Part shown: positions 50,885-61,984 of the stretch, piece after piece
Layout of the letters: every line of letters starts with the position of its first letter
Position numbering within the stretch: position 1 is the stretch's first letter
Assembly (NCBI RefSeq): GCF_001517835.1
Contig: NZ_LOQG01000011.1
Location: 44,028 to 108,027, forward strand
From: Caviibacter abscessus
GTDB lineage: Bacteria > Fusobacteriota > Fusobacteriia > Fusobacteriales > Leptotrichiaceae
Direction of reading: 5' to 3'
Length of the DNA stretch: 64,000 bases
Position numbers and translations under genes: made by a program
Notes under the pieces: model-generated
Databases searched by the model: none
Seen by the model: only the letters and a program-made list of their open reading frames with translations
What the model was told of the DNA's origin: nothing

Positions 50885-51535
50885 TTAATTTATCTCATAT
50901 ACAACAGTTACTATAACTGATAATTTATTTTTTTCCTTAAAAAATCTACCTTGTAATATTTTTCTAACATCGCCTAAGTCATGATTATTAGCTTTAACTA
51001 AAGTATATGCCTTATTTTTAGCATCTTTCATTGCTTGTGATAATAATTCCTTTTTATCATCATCAGTTTCACTCTCATATGTATTTACTATATCCAAAAC
51101 TGTTATATCTTTTATTTGAAGTGCTAATAAATCCAAACTTTCTTTAATTTTATTTAATTTTTCAATACTTACATTATTAAATGTCAGTGTTTTATATATT
51201 TCATAGTCTTTTACACTACTACTTCCTTCTTTAAAGTTTGCTTTAGCTTTTACATTACTTTCAGTATATGTTTCACCATTTTCAAGAACATTTTTTATAT
51301 TTTGTTCCTTTTCAAATAATTCATCATAAGCTTTATTTATATCCTTTGAATTAACGTAAATACTTACATCAAAACTATATTCTTTAATTTTAAATTCTTT
51401 AACAGCATTTCCTCTTACTGTTATAGTTTTATTACTTGTATTGTTTCTTTCTATTGCATTTGCAATTATTGCCATAGATATTATGGCACCTAATGCTAAT
51501 ACTATTGCCACTATTATATTTGACATTTTATTCAT
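50885..51535 (-). CDS. SIMPL-domain (DUF541/YggE-like) protein
   Basis: Has an N-terminal TM anchor and the SIMPL-domain size and profile. The call is made from memory of the family. Confidence 0.5.
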   Translation of the reverse strand: MNKMSNIIVAIVLALGAIISMAIIANAIERNNTSNKTITVRGNAVKEFKIKEYSFDVSIYVNSKDINKAYDELFEKEQNIKNVLENGETYTESNVKAKANFKEGSSSVKDYEIYKTLTFNNVSIEKLNKIKESLDLLALQIKDITVLDIVNTYESETDDDKKELLSQAMKDAKNKAYTLVKANNHDLGDVRKILQGRFFKEKNKLSVIVTVVYEIN

Positions 51536-51546
51536 CTTCTAATCTC

Positions 51547-52164
51547 CTAATAACAACCGAAATAATTGATATACTCTTGATTAATTGTTGAATTTTCCCC
51601 GTGTCCCGGATATATCGTAATATCTTTTTCCATTGATAATATTTTATTTAAACTATCTCTTAATTGTCTTGCATCTCCTGTTGGAAAATCCGTTCTTCCA
51701 TAAGCCATATTAAATAAAGTATCTCCTGTAAACATAACTTTATTTTCCTTATCATAAAAACAAGTACTTCCTTTTGTATGTCCAGGTGTTGAAATACATT
51801 CAAATCCAAATATCATATCTTTATCATTAAATAAACTAAGTTCGTACTTATCATCAAGTTTAAATTGTTCATCTATCCAGTAAGATAATGACAGTATATG
51901 ATTATAGAAAAATTCCTTATCCTTTTCATTTACATAAACCGGAACCTTTTTATATTCTAAAACTTGTGGTGTTCCAATAATATGATCAAAATGACCGTGA
52001 GTTATTAATATGCATTTTAAATCAAGATTATTTGATTTAATATACTCTATTAATCTACTCATATCCTTTCCACCTGAATCAATAATAGCACATTCTTTAT
52101 TTTCACGTATAACCAAATAACTGTTACAATATGTTATTTCATCATAAAACAGTTTTACTTCCAT
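51547..52164 (-). CDS. MBL-fold metallo-hydrolase (glyoxalase II-like)
   Basis: Has the HxHxDH motif (ITHGHFDH). Confidence 0.8.
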   Translation of the reverse strand: MEVKLFYDEITYCNSYLVIRENKECAIIDSGGKDMSRLIEYIKSNNLDLKCILITHGHFDHIIGTPQVLEYKKVPVYVNEKDKEFFYNHILSLSYWIDEQFKLDDKYELSLFNDKDMIFGFECISTPGHTKGSTCFYDKENKVMFTGDTLFNMAYGRTDFPTGDARQLRDSLNKILSMEKDITIYPGHGENSTINQEYINYFGCY

Positions 52165-52972
52165 TATTATCTCCTCTCATGTGAAGATCTAACTGTGGAT
52201 ATGGTATTTCAATATTATTTTCATCAAATTTCATTTTTACTGTTTCAAGTAGATAAAATTTAGCATTTGCATAATTTTCACTTGATACATAAACATTAAA
52301 AGCAAAATCTATACTTGATGTGTTAAGTGCACTAATCCCTATAATAGCTTTTGTATCTTTTAATAATAAAGGGCAATCTTGTGCAATTTCATTTAGTATA
52401 TTTTTGACTTTTTCTATATTTGAATTATACCCTACTGATATTACTAAATCCAATCTTCTTTTAGGATCTCTTGTTATATTTTTTATCTCAGTATTAATAA
52501 CAAGTCCATTTGGCATTATTATCATATCACCTTGGAAATTTACTATAGTTGTGTAAAATAGTTCTATTTGTTTTACAACACCAGTTATTCCCTTATATTC
52601 AATTATATCATCAATTTTAAATGGTTTAAAAATTATAAGGATAAGTCCACCACCAAAATTTCCTATTATTTCTTTAAAGGCAAATCCTAAAAATATACTA
52701 AGTCCTGCAACTAAAGATGTTACTGCACTTAAATCAAAACCAAATTGCTTTACAATTATGATTACTAAAATTATATTAACACCTATGTTTATTATTGATT
52801 TAATAAAAACTTTTATGCTTTCTTCTAAATTAGATTTTAAAAATATTTTTCCACTTATCTTATCTAAAAATAGTCTTATTTTATTATAAAAAATTATTAA
52901 AAGTATTCCTATTGTTATAGAAAAAATATCAGCTCTTTGCAATGCTTTTGTAATTAAATTTATATAGTTCAT
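52142..52972 (-). CDS. small-conductance mechanosensitive channel (MscS family)
   Basis: Has three TM helices followed by the MscS beta-domain. Confidence 0.8.
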   Translation of the reverse strand: MNYINLITKALQRADIFSITIGILLIIFYNKIRLFLDKISGKIFLKSNLEESIKVFIKSIINIGVNIILVIIIVKQFGFDLSAVTSLVAGLSIFLGFAFKEIIGNFGGGLILIIFKPFKIDDIIEYKGITGVVKQIELFYTTIVNFQGDMIIMPNGLVINTEIKNITRDPKRRLDLVISVGYNSNIEKVKNILNEIAQDCPLLLKDTKAIIGISALNTSSIDFAFNVYVSSENYANAKFYLLETVKMKFDENNIEIPYPQLDLHMRGDNNGSKTVL

Positions 52973-52981
52973 AAAACTCCT

Positions 52982-54085
52982 TTACACGTTAAATCTAAAG
53001 AACATTAGATCTCCGTCATTTACTATATATTCTTTTCCTTCAAGTCTCATATCTCCTTTTTCTTTTGAGCCTTGCCAACCGTTATTTTGTATAAATTTAT
53101 CAAAATCTACAACTTCTGCTCTAATAAATCCTTTTTGTATGTCAGTATGTATCTCTCCAGCTGCATTTTGTGCATTAGTACCAGAAGCTATAGTCCATGC
53201 TCTTACTTCTTTTTCTCCTGCTGTAAAATATGTTATTAATCCTAATATCTTATAACCAACCGTAATAAGTCTATTTAAACTTGGCGTTGTTATTCCTAAG
53301 CTTTCAATAAATTCAGCACGTAAAGTTTCATCTTCTATTTCAACAAGTTCAGATTCAACTTTAGCTGAAAAGCTTACAACTTCACTATTTGATTTTTTTG
53401 CGTACTCTTTAACTTTTTTTACATATTCATTATCATTATGTGAACTTAAATCTTGTTCTGATATATTAACTGCATACATCATTGGTTTTATAGTCAAAAA
53501 TTGATAAACTTTGATTAATTCAAATTCATCATTTGTAAGTTCAAGACTATTTAATAAATTTTCATCTTCAAGATGTTTTTTACATTTTTCAAGTACTTCA
53601 ACTAAAGCCTTAGTTTCTTTATTTCCACCTCTTAAAAGTTTCATATTTTTAGACAATGCTCTATCTATAGTCTCTATATCTGAAAATATAAGCTCAAGGT
53701 TAATAGTTTCTATGTCTCTTATAGGGTCAACATTGCCTTCAACGTGTATAATATTTTCATCTTCAAAACATCTAACAACTTGACATATAGCTTGTGTGTT
53801 TCTTATATTACTTAAAAATTGATTCCCCAATCCTTCACCTTTTGATGCACCTTTAACAAGTCCAGCAATATCAACAAATTCAACTGTTGCATTTATAACT
53901 GCTTTAGGATTAATCAATTTTACTAATTTATCTATTCTTTCATCCGGTACAGCAACTAAACCAATATTAGGCTCTATTGTTGCAAAAGGGTAATTTGCAG
54001 AAAGTGCATTTTGTGTTTTTGTTAAAGCATTAAATAATGTTGATTTTCCAACATTTGGTAATCCAACTATACCTATTCCTATCAT
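52982..54085 (-). CDS. ychF: redox-regulated ribosome-binding ATPase YchF
   Basis: Has the Obg-family G1 motif (GLPNVGKST) and a TGS domain. Confidence 0.9.
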   Translation of the reverse strand: MIGIGIVGLPNVGKSTLFNALTKTQNALSANYPFATIEPNIGLVAVPDERIDKLVKLINPKAVINATVEFVDIAGLVKGASKGEGLGNQFLSNIRNTQAICQVVRCFEDENIIHVEGNVDPIRDIETINLELIFSDIETIDRALSKNMKLLRGGNKETKALVEVLEKCKKHLEDENLLNSLELTNDEFELIKVYQFLTIKPMMYAVNISEQDLSSHNDNEYVKKVKEYAKKSNSEVVSFSAKVESELVEIEDETLRAEFIESLGITTPSLNRLITVGYKILGLITYFTAGEKEVRAWTIASGTNAQNAAGEIHTDIQKGFIRAEVVDFDKFIQNNGWQGSKEKGDMRLEGKEYIVNDGDLMFFRFNV

Positions 54086-54636
54086 TTTTTAATCTCCTTT
54101 AAAACTTGTACTAATTTTCTTTTTTCTTCTAATTTTGCTTTTGAAATATAGCTCATATCATATATTGGTATAAGTGGTATGCCGTAAAAATCAAAAACAG
54201 TTCCTACATTTTTTACTATATCTACATATTTTTTATTTTTTTTCTTCTTCGTATAATACATGTACATAAAATTAAATATTTCTTCCCCTACTACTACTAT
54301 ATATTTAGGTTTTACCAAATATATTTCTTCAAGTAAAAACTTCATACATGTATTTCTTTCCTCATATTCTATTATATTCGGATTATAATACCTATTTAAA
54401 GTTGTAAAAAAACAATCATCAAAATTTATTTTTGAAAATTCAAATATTGTTTTTAACATTTTGCATTCATCACTTGGTATTATGCTTTTGCAAGCTGACA
54501 TACTTTTAGTAATACTGTCAAAAACTACAAATATATCAGCGTTTTTATTACCTTCACCTACAAACGGTTCCAATCTTGACTTTAACGGATTACATTTAAT
54601 GTCTATTTTTATTTTTAATTCTAATTCATTCCACAT
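54082..54636 (-). CDS. uracil-DNA glycosylase superfamily protein (family-4-like motif A)
   Basis: Has the motif A-like segment FVGEGNKNADIFVVFDS. The motif-B position reads PIYDMSYI rather than the usual His-containing sequence. Confidence 0.5.
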   Translation of the reverse strand: MWNELELKIKIDIKCNPLKSRLEPFVGEGNKNADIFVVFDSITKSMSACKSIIPSDECKMLKTIFEFSKINFDDCFFTTLNRYYNPNIIEYEERNTCMKFLLEEIYLVKPKYIVVVGEEIFNFMYMYYTKKKKNKKYVDIVKNVGTVFDFYGIPLIPIYDMSYISKAKLEEKRKLVQVLKEIKK

Positions 54637-54641
54637 TTTTC

Positions 54642-55409
54642 CTACTTTTTAAATTCAAATATTTTTGTTGGAGCCTGACTTGAAAGTTCTATACTAATTC
54701 TTTTATCAATTTTAGGTCTAAGTTCATTATATGCTAAATCAGGTGTATTATTCTCTCCACTTAAATGTAATAAAATTATTTTTTTCAATCTATTGTTAGC
54801 TATACTTGTTAAAAACTTTGTTGCTTCTTCGTTTGAAATATGTCCTACATTACTTTTAACTCTATTTTTCAAATTCCAATGATAAGAACCATTTAATAGC
54901 ATGTCCATATCATAATTACTTTCAAACGCTAAAAAGTCGCTATCTATACACGCTTTTTTTACAATATTTGTTATTTTACCTATATCTGTTACATAACTTA
55001 ACTTCTCATTTTTATAATAAAAACTATATCCTAAATTATGAGCGGAATCATGCATAACATCAAAATTTTCAACTAATATATTATCTAAAAAAACTTTTCT
55101 GTCATTAAGTAAATTCACATTATCCATATTTACTTTTCCCAGTTTTTTATATACTTTTTTTATTGAATCTTCATGTACATATAAAGGGATATCATATTTT
55201 CTTGAAATTGTACCGAATGCTTTTATATGGTCACTATGGTCATGTGTAACAAAAATCGCATCTATTTCTTCAATTTTTTGATTTATAACTTCTAATTTTT
55301 CTTCTATTTTTTTTAAACTATAACCGACATCAACTAATATTTTTTTGCCGCCCACTTCAATAAAACTGCAATTCCCAGCACTACCGCTACCTAATACTGA
55401 TATTTTCAA
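54642..55409 (-). CDS. MBL-fold metallo-hydrolase (YycJ/PhnP-like)
   Basis: Has the HxHxDH motif (THDHSDH). Confidence 0.75.
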   Translation of the reverse strand: MKISVLGSGSAGNCSFIEVGGKKILVDVGYSLKKIEEKLEVINQKIEEIDAIFVTHDHSDHIKAFGTISRKYDIPLYVHEDSIKKVYKKLGKVNMDNVNLLNDRKVFLDNILVENFDVMHDSAHNLGYSFYYKNEKLSYVTDIGKITNIVKKACIDSDFLAFESNYDMDMLLNGSYHWNLKNRVKSNVGHISNEEATKFLTSIANNRLKKIILLHLSGENNTPDLAYNELRPKIDKRISIELSSQAPTKIFEFKK

Positions 55410-55502
55410 TTTTAATTACCTCTTTTTCAGTCAAGTTTATTGTAATTATATATGTTGCAGTAAAAAATATTAATAAAAGAAGCAGTCTTTTCAAAATTTT
55501 TT

Positions 55503-56636
55503 TTACCATATTTCTTCTTCCTCATAAGTGACTTTTTTTATTTTAGAAATACTTTCTCTTATCTTAATTGTTACATATGTTGGTTTATACACTGTAATAT
55601 CAAGTGGTCCTTTTTTTATTTCTATAAATCCAAGACCTGATATACACAAATCATAACCGTAATCAACTATAATATTTTTAGTTTCAAATTCATTTTTAAG
55701 ATATTCGTTTTCTTGCTCAAGTGTCAATAATTTGAAATAACCATTTTCCATAAGTTCTTTGCATTTATTTTCATTTGTAACATGAAATTGTATATTTTTA
55801 GATGTAAATACTTGGATGGTACATTTTTTATTTACTTTAAAATACATAAGACTTGATAACATAAATACTTGTCCTTCTTGTAAAGTAAATGTTTTTCTAG
55901 GTATACTTGAGTTTGGAACAAGTTTTACTCCCGCTTTATCAGGTAATAAATCACTTATTCTTCCATCCGGTATAAGTCCGGGTGTATCAATAAATGTAAC
56001 TTTAGTATTTTTAAACATTACACTGTTTTTTATGCTTCCTTTTGTTGTTCCAGAATATTTAGATGTAGTAATTTTAGGTTTATCTAAAAGTAAATTTAAA
56101 ACCGATGATTTTCCTACATTTGATACACCTATTACAGCAACTTTAATATTTTTCTTATCTTCAGCCATATTTTTAATCTTTTTAAGTATACCTTTTATAC
56201 CAAACTTGCTTTTTGCTGATATAAAAGACATGTCTTGGGCAAAAATGTTTTCATCTACAAGTCTATTTTTAAACCATCTAGCAATTTCAGTTGCAGTAAA
56301 ATAATCAGGCAATAAATCCAGTTTATTTAAAATTATATATGATTTTTTATCTTCCAAAATATCTAAAATTTCAGTAGTAAATGAAGACTCAAGGTCTATA
56401 ACATCAAATATTGGCATAACTATGTCAGATTGTTTTACGGCTTCTTTAACAATTTTTATATATTCTGACTTATTCTCATTATCACTAGGTTTTTCACCAT
56501 AATTTTTAAGTCTAAAACATCTTTTACATATTAATTGTGAACCTGTAAGATATTTTTCAAGTGGTATATAGCCCAATTCATTTTCATTTTCTGTTTGCAA
56601 TAATAAAGCACATCCTGTGCAATATTTTTGAATCAT
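55503..56636 (-). CDS. yqeH: ribosome-biogenesis GTPase YqeH (circularly permuted GTPase with an N-terminal Zn ribbon)
   Basis: Has CxxC...CxxC at the N-terminus and a permuted G-motif order (G4-G1-G3). Confidence 0.8.
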   Translation of the reverse strand: MIQKYCTGCALLLQTENENELGYIPLEKYLTGSQLICKRCFRLKNYGEKPSDNENKSEYIKIVKEAVKQSDIVMPIFDVIDLESSFTTEILDILEDKKSYIILNKLDLLPDYFTATEIARWFKNRLVDENIFAQDMSFISAKSKFGIKGILKKIKNMAEDKKNIKVAVIGVSNVGKSSVLNLLLDKPKITTSKYSGTTKGSIKNSVMFKNTKVTFIDTPGLIPDGRISDLLPDKAGVKLVPNSSIPRKTFTLQEGQVFMLSSLMYFKVNKKCTIQVFTSKNIQFHVTNENKCKELMENGYFKLLTLEQENEYLKNEFETKNIIVDYGYDLCISGLGFIEIKKGPLDITVYKPTYVTIKIRESISKIKKVTYEEEEIW

Positions 56637-56641
56637 ACTTA

Positions 56642-57547
56642 TTATTCTCCCTCTTTTTCATTTGCAAAAGGATGTGTTTTTAAATACACTTCTCTTAACG
56701 CCTTTTTACTTACATGTGTATAAAATTGTGTTGTTGCTATACTTGTATGACCTAATAATTCTTGAACATATCTAATGTCAACCCCACTATTTAAAAGCTG
56801 TGTTGCAAAAGTATGTCTAAAAACATGTGGTGTAAGTTCTTTTTCAATACCGCTTTTTTTATTATACCCTTCTATTAATCTTCTTAAAGATCTTGTTGTT
56901 AATTTGCCACCTTTTGAATTTGCAAAAACTATATTTTTATCATAATATGTCTTACTTTTTTTTGCATCTATGTAATCATTTAAATATTTTTGTGCGGTTT
57001 TACTAAAAAAAGTTATACGCTCTTTATTACCTTTACCTATTACACGAAGCTCTCTATCACTCATATTAATCATATTTTCACTTAAATCAAGAAGTTCAGC
57101 AGATCTTATTCCACTTGAGTATAAAAGCTCAATTATAGCTCTATCTCTTAGTCCTAAGATATTACTTGTATCTATACATTCTCTTATTTTATTCATATCA
57201 TCTTTTAATAAAAAGTTAGGTAATTTATTTTCAAATTTAGGCATGTTTATATATATAGCTTTATTTTCTTCAAGTTTGTTATTTTTCACCAAGTATTCAA
57301 AAAAACTTCTAATTGCAGATAATTTTCTATTTATACTTCTTTTTGAAATCTTTTTTTGTGAATTTAAATAAGCAATAAAAGATCTAAATGTTATTAACTC
57401 AACATCTTTTAAATCTTTAATATTTTCATTTTCACTAAGGTAAGTTATAAACTGAACTAAATCATTTCTATATGATCTTATAGTATTATAGCTTTTACCT
57501 AATATTATTTCATTGTAATATAAATAATCATCTACACTTTTTCTCAT
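56642..57547 (-). CDS. xerD: tyrosine site-specific recombinase XerC/XerD
   Basis: Has the R..HxxR..Y catalytic set (HVFRHTFATQLL...GHTSIATTQFYTHV). Confidence 0.85.
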   Translation of the reverse strand: MRKSVDDYLYYNEIILGKSYNTIRSYRNDLVQFITYLSENENIKDLKDVELITFRSFIAYLNSQKKISKRSINRKLSAIRSFFEYLVKNNKLEENKAIYINMPKFENKLPNFLLKDDMNKIRECIDTSNILGLRDRAIIELLYSSGIRSAELLDLSENMINMSDRELRVIGKGNKERITFFSKTAQKYLNDYIDAKKSKTYYDKNIVFANSKGGKLTTRSLRRLIEGYNKKSGIEKELTPHVFRHTFATQLLNSGVDIRYVQELLGHTSIATTQFYTHVSKKALREVYLKTHPFANEKEGE

Positions 57548-57548
57548 A

Positions 57549-59780
57549 CTATTTACCTTTTACACTTTTTATATTTTTACATTCCGGATAATTTGAACAA
57601 GCTAAAAATTTACCAAATCTTCCTTTTTTTACAATAAACATAGAACCGCATTTTTCACATACGCCTGCTTTTTCAATAAGTTTTGAATTTTCATCTATTT
57701 CTTTGTTTATTAATTCCTTTATTTTTAATTCATTATTTTCAATTTTAATTTGATCTTTTTTTAGTTTTGTTTTAATTTCAGAACTAAGTGATAATCTTTT
57801 ATTATCATTTTCATAATCTTCGCTTTCAAGATAATCACCAAATCTACCTTTTTTTAGATAATATCTTTTATTATCTTTAGTATATAAATCTGTTGGTATA
57901 CCTCTTTTTTGCTCAAGAATTTTTTCAAGTTTTTCTTTAATCATTATTTTACTTGTTTTTACTTCTTCTTTTGATATTTGTATACCTTTTAAAGAAACTT
58001 TTTCAGCTTCATCTGTTTCAGAAACAAGATATTTACCAAATCTACCATTTTTTAATATCATAGGTTTTCCTTGTTTATCTAATACATCTGTTTCTATTCT
58101 AAGCTCTTCTATTTCTTTTATATCTTTTTCATATACATTTATTTCTTTTTCCAAAGCTACATAATATTTATCTAAAATATCTGTCCACTTTTCTGAACCT
58201 TCTGCTATTTTATCCAAATCAGTTTCCATATTTGCTGTAAATTTAATGTTCATTATATTTTCAAAATGATCTACAAGTTCATTTTTAACAGCATAACCCA
58301 AAACTGTTGGTTGTATTTTTTTATCAATAATAATTATGTACTCCCTTGTAGTTAGTGTATCTATTATTGAAGCATAAGTTGAAGGTCTTCCTATACCTTC
58401 AGCTTCTAATTTTTTTACAAGTGTTGCTTCTGTAAATCTATTAGGGGCTTTTGTCATACGTGATTTTATATCAAGTTTTTCTATTTGTAACTTGTCCCCT
58501 ACATTTAAATTAGGAAATTCTTGTGTTTTTATATCATCTTCAGATTTTTGATATTTGTAATACCCGTCAAAAGTTACTTTATTTAATGTTCCTGAAAATT
58601 CATAATCTTGATGTTTTCCTACTATTTGCATTTGGTCATACTTTACAGCTGCAAGTTGCGAAGTTATAAATCTTTTCCAAATTAAGTTATATAGCTTGTA
58701 TTGATCTCTTGACAAATAATCGGCAATTTTTTCAGGCTCCAAGTCTAAATAAGAGGGTCTTATTCCCTCATGTGCATCTTGTGCATTCTTATTTTTTGTA
58801 ACATAATATCCTACATATTCTTTTCCTAGTAATTTTGTAATATATTCTTTTGCTGCCATTTGAGCATCTTGTGCTACTCTTGTTGAATCTGTTCTCATGT
58901 ATGTTATTAAACCTTTAGTTTGACCAAATATTTCAAGTCCTTCATACAATTGTTGTGCTATTCTCATTGTTTTAGAAGCTGAAAAGCCTAAATATGATGA
59001 AGCACTTTGCTGTAATGTACTTGTTTTGAAAACTAAAGGTGGTTTTTGTGTTTTTTTCTTTATATTTAATTGTACAAGTTCTAATTTTTTATCTAATAAA
59101 TCTTTTTCTAATTTTTTTACAATTTTTTCGTCATATATTTTATCTATTTTTTCATTAGCTATCTTAGATAGAGAAAATTCTATATTGTTTTCCAATTTTG
59201 CATTTACTTCCCAATATTTTTTTGGAACAAATGCTTTTATTTCATCTTCTAAATCACATATCATACGAAGTGTAACAGATTGTACTCTACCTGCACTTGC
59301 ATTTTTATTAATAACTTTCCATAAAAGAGGACTTATTTTATACCCTACTATTCTATCTAAAAGTCTTCTTGCCTGTTGTGCATCAACCAGATTTGCATCT
59401 ATTTCTCTAGGATTTGCAACTGCATTTTTAACAGCTTTTTCTGTAATTTCATTAAATACTATTCTTTTTGATTTTTTGGGACAAGAAATATAGTTTGATA
59501 TATGCCAAGCAATAGCTTCACCTTCTCTATCTAAGTCCGACGCAAGATATACTAAATCACTACTTTTAGATTTTTTAGCTAGTTCTTTTAAAATTTGTGC
59601 TTTACCCTTTATGGTCTTATATTCAGGTTTATAGCCATTTTCTACATCAATACCTAATTTTGTTTTAGGTAAATCTATAACATGTCCATATGATGCACAT
59701 ACTTCATAATTTTTTCCTAATATCTTTTCTATTGTCTTTGCCTTTGAAGGCGACTCAACTATTACTAAATACTTCTTCAC
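57549..59780 (-). CDS. topA: DNA topoisomerase I with C-terminal Zn ribbons
   Basis: Has Toprim and topoisomerase IA domains and C-terminal C4 fingers. Confidence 0.9.
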   Translation of the reverse strand: MKKYLVIVESPSKAKTIEKILGKNYEVCASYGHVIDLPKTKLGIDVENGYKPEYKTIKGKAQILKELAKKSKSSDLVYLASDLDREGEAIAWHISNYISCPKKSKRIVFNEITEKAVKNAVANPREIDANLVDAQQARRLLDRIVGYKISPLLWKVINKNASAGRVQSVTLRMICDLEDEIKAFVPKKYWEVNAKLENNIEFSLSKIANEKIDKIYDEKIVKKLEKDLLDKKLELVQLNIKKKTQKPPLVFKTSTLQQSASSYLGFSASKTMRIAQQLYEGLEIFGQTKGLITYMRTDSTRVAQDAQMAAKEYITKLLGKEYVGYYVTKNKNAQDAHEGIRPSYLDLEPEKIADYLSRDQYKLYNLIWKRFITSQLAAVKYDQMQIVGKHQDYEFSGTLNKVTFDGYYKYQKSEDDIKTQEFPNLNVGDKLQIEKLDIKSRMTKAPNRFTEATLVKKLEAEGIGRPSTYASIIDTLTTREYIIIIDKKIQPTVLGYAVKNELVDHFENIMNIKFTANMETDLDKIAEGSEKWTDILDKYYVALEKEINVYEKDIKEIEELRIETDVLDKQGKPMILKNGRFGKYLVSETDEAEKVSLKGIQISKEEVKTSKIMIKEKLEKILEQKRGIPTDLYTKDNKRYYLKKGRFGDYLESEDYENDNKRLSLSSEIKTKLKKDQIKIENNELKIKELINKEIDENSKLIEKAGVCEKCGSMFIVKKGRFGKFLACSNYPECKNIKSVKGK

Positions 59781-59809
59781 TTTTTCTCCTAGAGTTCCAT
59801 TATTTTAAA

Positions 59810-60445
59810 TTAATATGTAACATTGTTGTATTGTTGCATGTAACTTTCTGCCTTTTCAAAATCTCCTTTACCTCTGTATGCCATAGCAAGTCCTAAATAT
59901 GACTTATAATGTGTCCCGCTTGATAACACTTGATTGTATAAATTAATTGCCATATCATATTTACCTATCATTCTTGCTGATGTTGCCGCTAAATAAAGAT
60001 TTTTAACAGATTTACTTTTATCTTTTAATGCTAATTTCATAGCACTTTCATAAAGCCCTTCTTTTACATATAACAAAGCTAATCTATGAATAGCATCTTC
60101 ATTATTTGTACTTAAAATTTGTTTTTCATATTGTCTATATTGTTCAAATTTTGATGCAGTTGATATTGTTTCTGTTGATGTAAATAAAGTTCCGTCTCCA
60201 AGTGCTGATAATGCTTCATCTATACTTGGAGTTTTTCTTTTTGCTTCTATATCTTGAATTAATGCTTCAAGTGTTGCCCTATCAGCTGCACTAAGATTTG
60301 TTTTCATTAATTCTTTACTTAATTTTAATGCATTTTCATAATTGTTATTTTGTATTTGTTCATCTATCTTTGCTATATCATCAATAAATTCAGCAAAAAC
60401 TGCTGTTGAAAATACTAAAGCTAATATTGTTAATATTTTTTTCAT
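59810..60445 (-). CDS. secreted TPR-like repeat protein
   Basis: Has a signal peptide and tetratricopeptide-like helical repeats. Confidence 0.55.
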   Translation of the reverse strand: MKKILTILALVFSTAVFAEFIDDIAKIDEQIQNNNYENALKLSKELMKTNLSAADRATLEALIQDIEAKRKTPSIDEALSALGDGTLFTSTETISTASKFEQYRQYEKQILSTNNEDAIHRLALLYVKEGLYESAMKLALKDKSKSVKNLYLAATSARMIGKYDMAINLYNQVLSSGTHYKSYLGLAMAYRGKGDFEKAESYMQQYNNVTY

Positions 60446-60454
60446 AAAGGCTCC

Positions 60455-61822
60455 TTAATATTCAAGTGAATTTGTTGTTCTAGGAAATGGAAGCACATCT
60501 CTAATGTTTGCCATTCCTGTTATATACATAAGCATTCTTTCAAAACCTAATCCATATCCTGAATGTGGCACTGAACCATATTTTCTTAAGTCTAAATACC
60601 AAGAATATTCATCAAATTTTAATCCTTTTTCGTTTATAACTTCCATAAGTTTATCATAATTTTCCTCACGTTGACTTCCACCGACTATTTCTCCAATACC
60701 AGGTGCTAATAAGTCAACTGCTCTAACTGTTTTGTTATCTTCATTAAGTTTCATATAAAATGCTTTTATGTCTTTTGGATAATCTGTAACAAATACAGGT
60801 CTTTTAAAAATTTGTTCTGCTAAATATCTTTCATGTTCTGTTTTTAAATCCATTCCCCATTCAACAGCTATTTCAAATTTGTTTTCAACTTTTTTAAGTA
60901 GTTCTATCGCCTCTGTATATGTTACTCTTGCAAATCCATTATCTAAAATATTATTTAATTTATCAAAAAGCCCTTTTTCAATAAAATTATTGAAAAATTC
61001 CATTTCAGCTGCTGCATTATCCATAACATATTTTATTATATACTTAATCATTTCTTCTATTATGTCCATATTAACATTTAAGTCTGCAAATGCTATTTCA
61101 GGTTCTACCATCCAAAATTCAGCTGCATGCTTTGTTGTATTTGATTGTTCAGCTCTAAATGTTGGACCAAATGTATATGTATTTCTAAAAGCTGAATTAA
61201 ATGCTTCAACATGTAATTGTCCTGTAACTGTTAAATAAGCAGGTTTTCCAAAAAAATCTTCTTTAAAATCTACTTTTTTACCACTATTCATATCTAACGT
61301 TGTTACTTGAAACATTTCTCCTGCACCCTCTGCATCTGTTCCTGTTAAAATTGGAGTTTGAACATACACAAATCCTTTTTCTTGGAAAAATTTATGTATA
61401 GCATAAGATAATAGCGATCTAACTCTAAATACTGCATTAAATGTATTTGTTCTAGGTCTTAAATGTGCTATTGTTCTTAAAAACTCAAAACTATGTCTTT
61501 TATTTTGTAATGGGTATTCCAAGTCACAGTTATTATATATCTCAATCTTTGTTGCTTTTATTTCATATTCTTGCCCTTTACCCTGTGATTTAACTACTTG
61601 CCCTTTTACTTTTATTGATGAATAAACATTAAGTTTAGCTATATCGGCAAAATTTTCTAATTCTTCTCCATATACTACTTGAATACTGTTAAAGTTTGTT
61701 CCATCGTTAAATTCTATAAATCCAAAATTCTTTTGATCTCTATTTTTCCTAACCCAACCATCAAGCTCTACTTCTTTGTTAAGGTATTTATCTATATTTT
61801 TCATAAATTCTCTTAATTCCAT
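60455..61822 (-). CDS. asnS: asparagine--tRNA ligase
   Basis: A class IIb aaRS with an N-terminal OB anticodon-binding domain and motifs 2 and 3 (FRAEQS..., GGSQRE, GFERM). Confidence 0.9.
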   Translation of the reverse strand: MELREFMKNIDKYLNKEVELDGWVRKNRDQKNFGFIEFNDGTNFNSIQVVYGEELENFADIAKLNVYSSIKVKGQVVKSQGKGQEYEIKATKIEIYNNCDLEYPLQNKRHSFEFLRTIAHLRPRTNTFNAVFRVRSLLSYAIHKFFQEKGFVYVQTPILTGTDAEGAGEMFQVTTLDMNSGKKVDFKEDFFGKPAYLTVTGQLHVEAFNSAFRNTYTFGPTFRAEQSNTTKHAAEFWMVEPEIAFADLNVNMDIIEEMIKYIIKYVMDNAAAEMEFFNNFIEKGLFDKLNNILDNGFARVTYTEAIELLKKVENKFEIAVEWGMDLKTEHERYLAEQIFKRPVFVTDYPKDIKAFYMKLNEDNKTVRAVDLLAPGIGEIVGGSQREENYDKLMEVINEKGLKFDEYSWYLDLRKYGSVPHSGYGLGFERMLMYITGMANIRDVLPFPRTTNSLEY

Positions 61823-61918
61823 AATGAACTCCTTTTGTTACTATATTTAGTATTTAATTATATCACAATATTTATTGTTTCACAATTAAAAAACATCAAT
61901 AAAAATAAGAGATCTAAA

Positions 61919-61950
61919 AAATTTAAATCTCTTAATTAAATTTATTTTTG
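61919..61950 (-). terminator. intrinsic terminator of the OMP-paralogue operon
   Basis: On the minus strand the hairpin AAGAGAUUUAAAUUUUUUAGAUCUCUU is followed by a U-rich tract. Confidence 0.55.
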
Positions 61951-61984
61951 ATACTACTTCTTTTAATTTTTAAGGTTTTAATAT

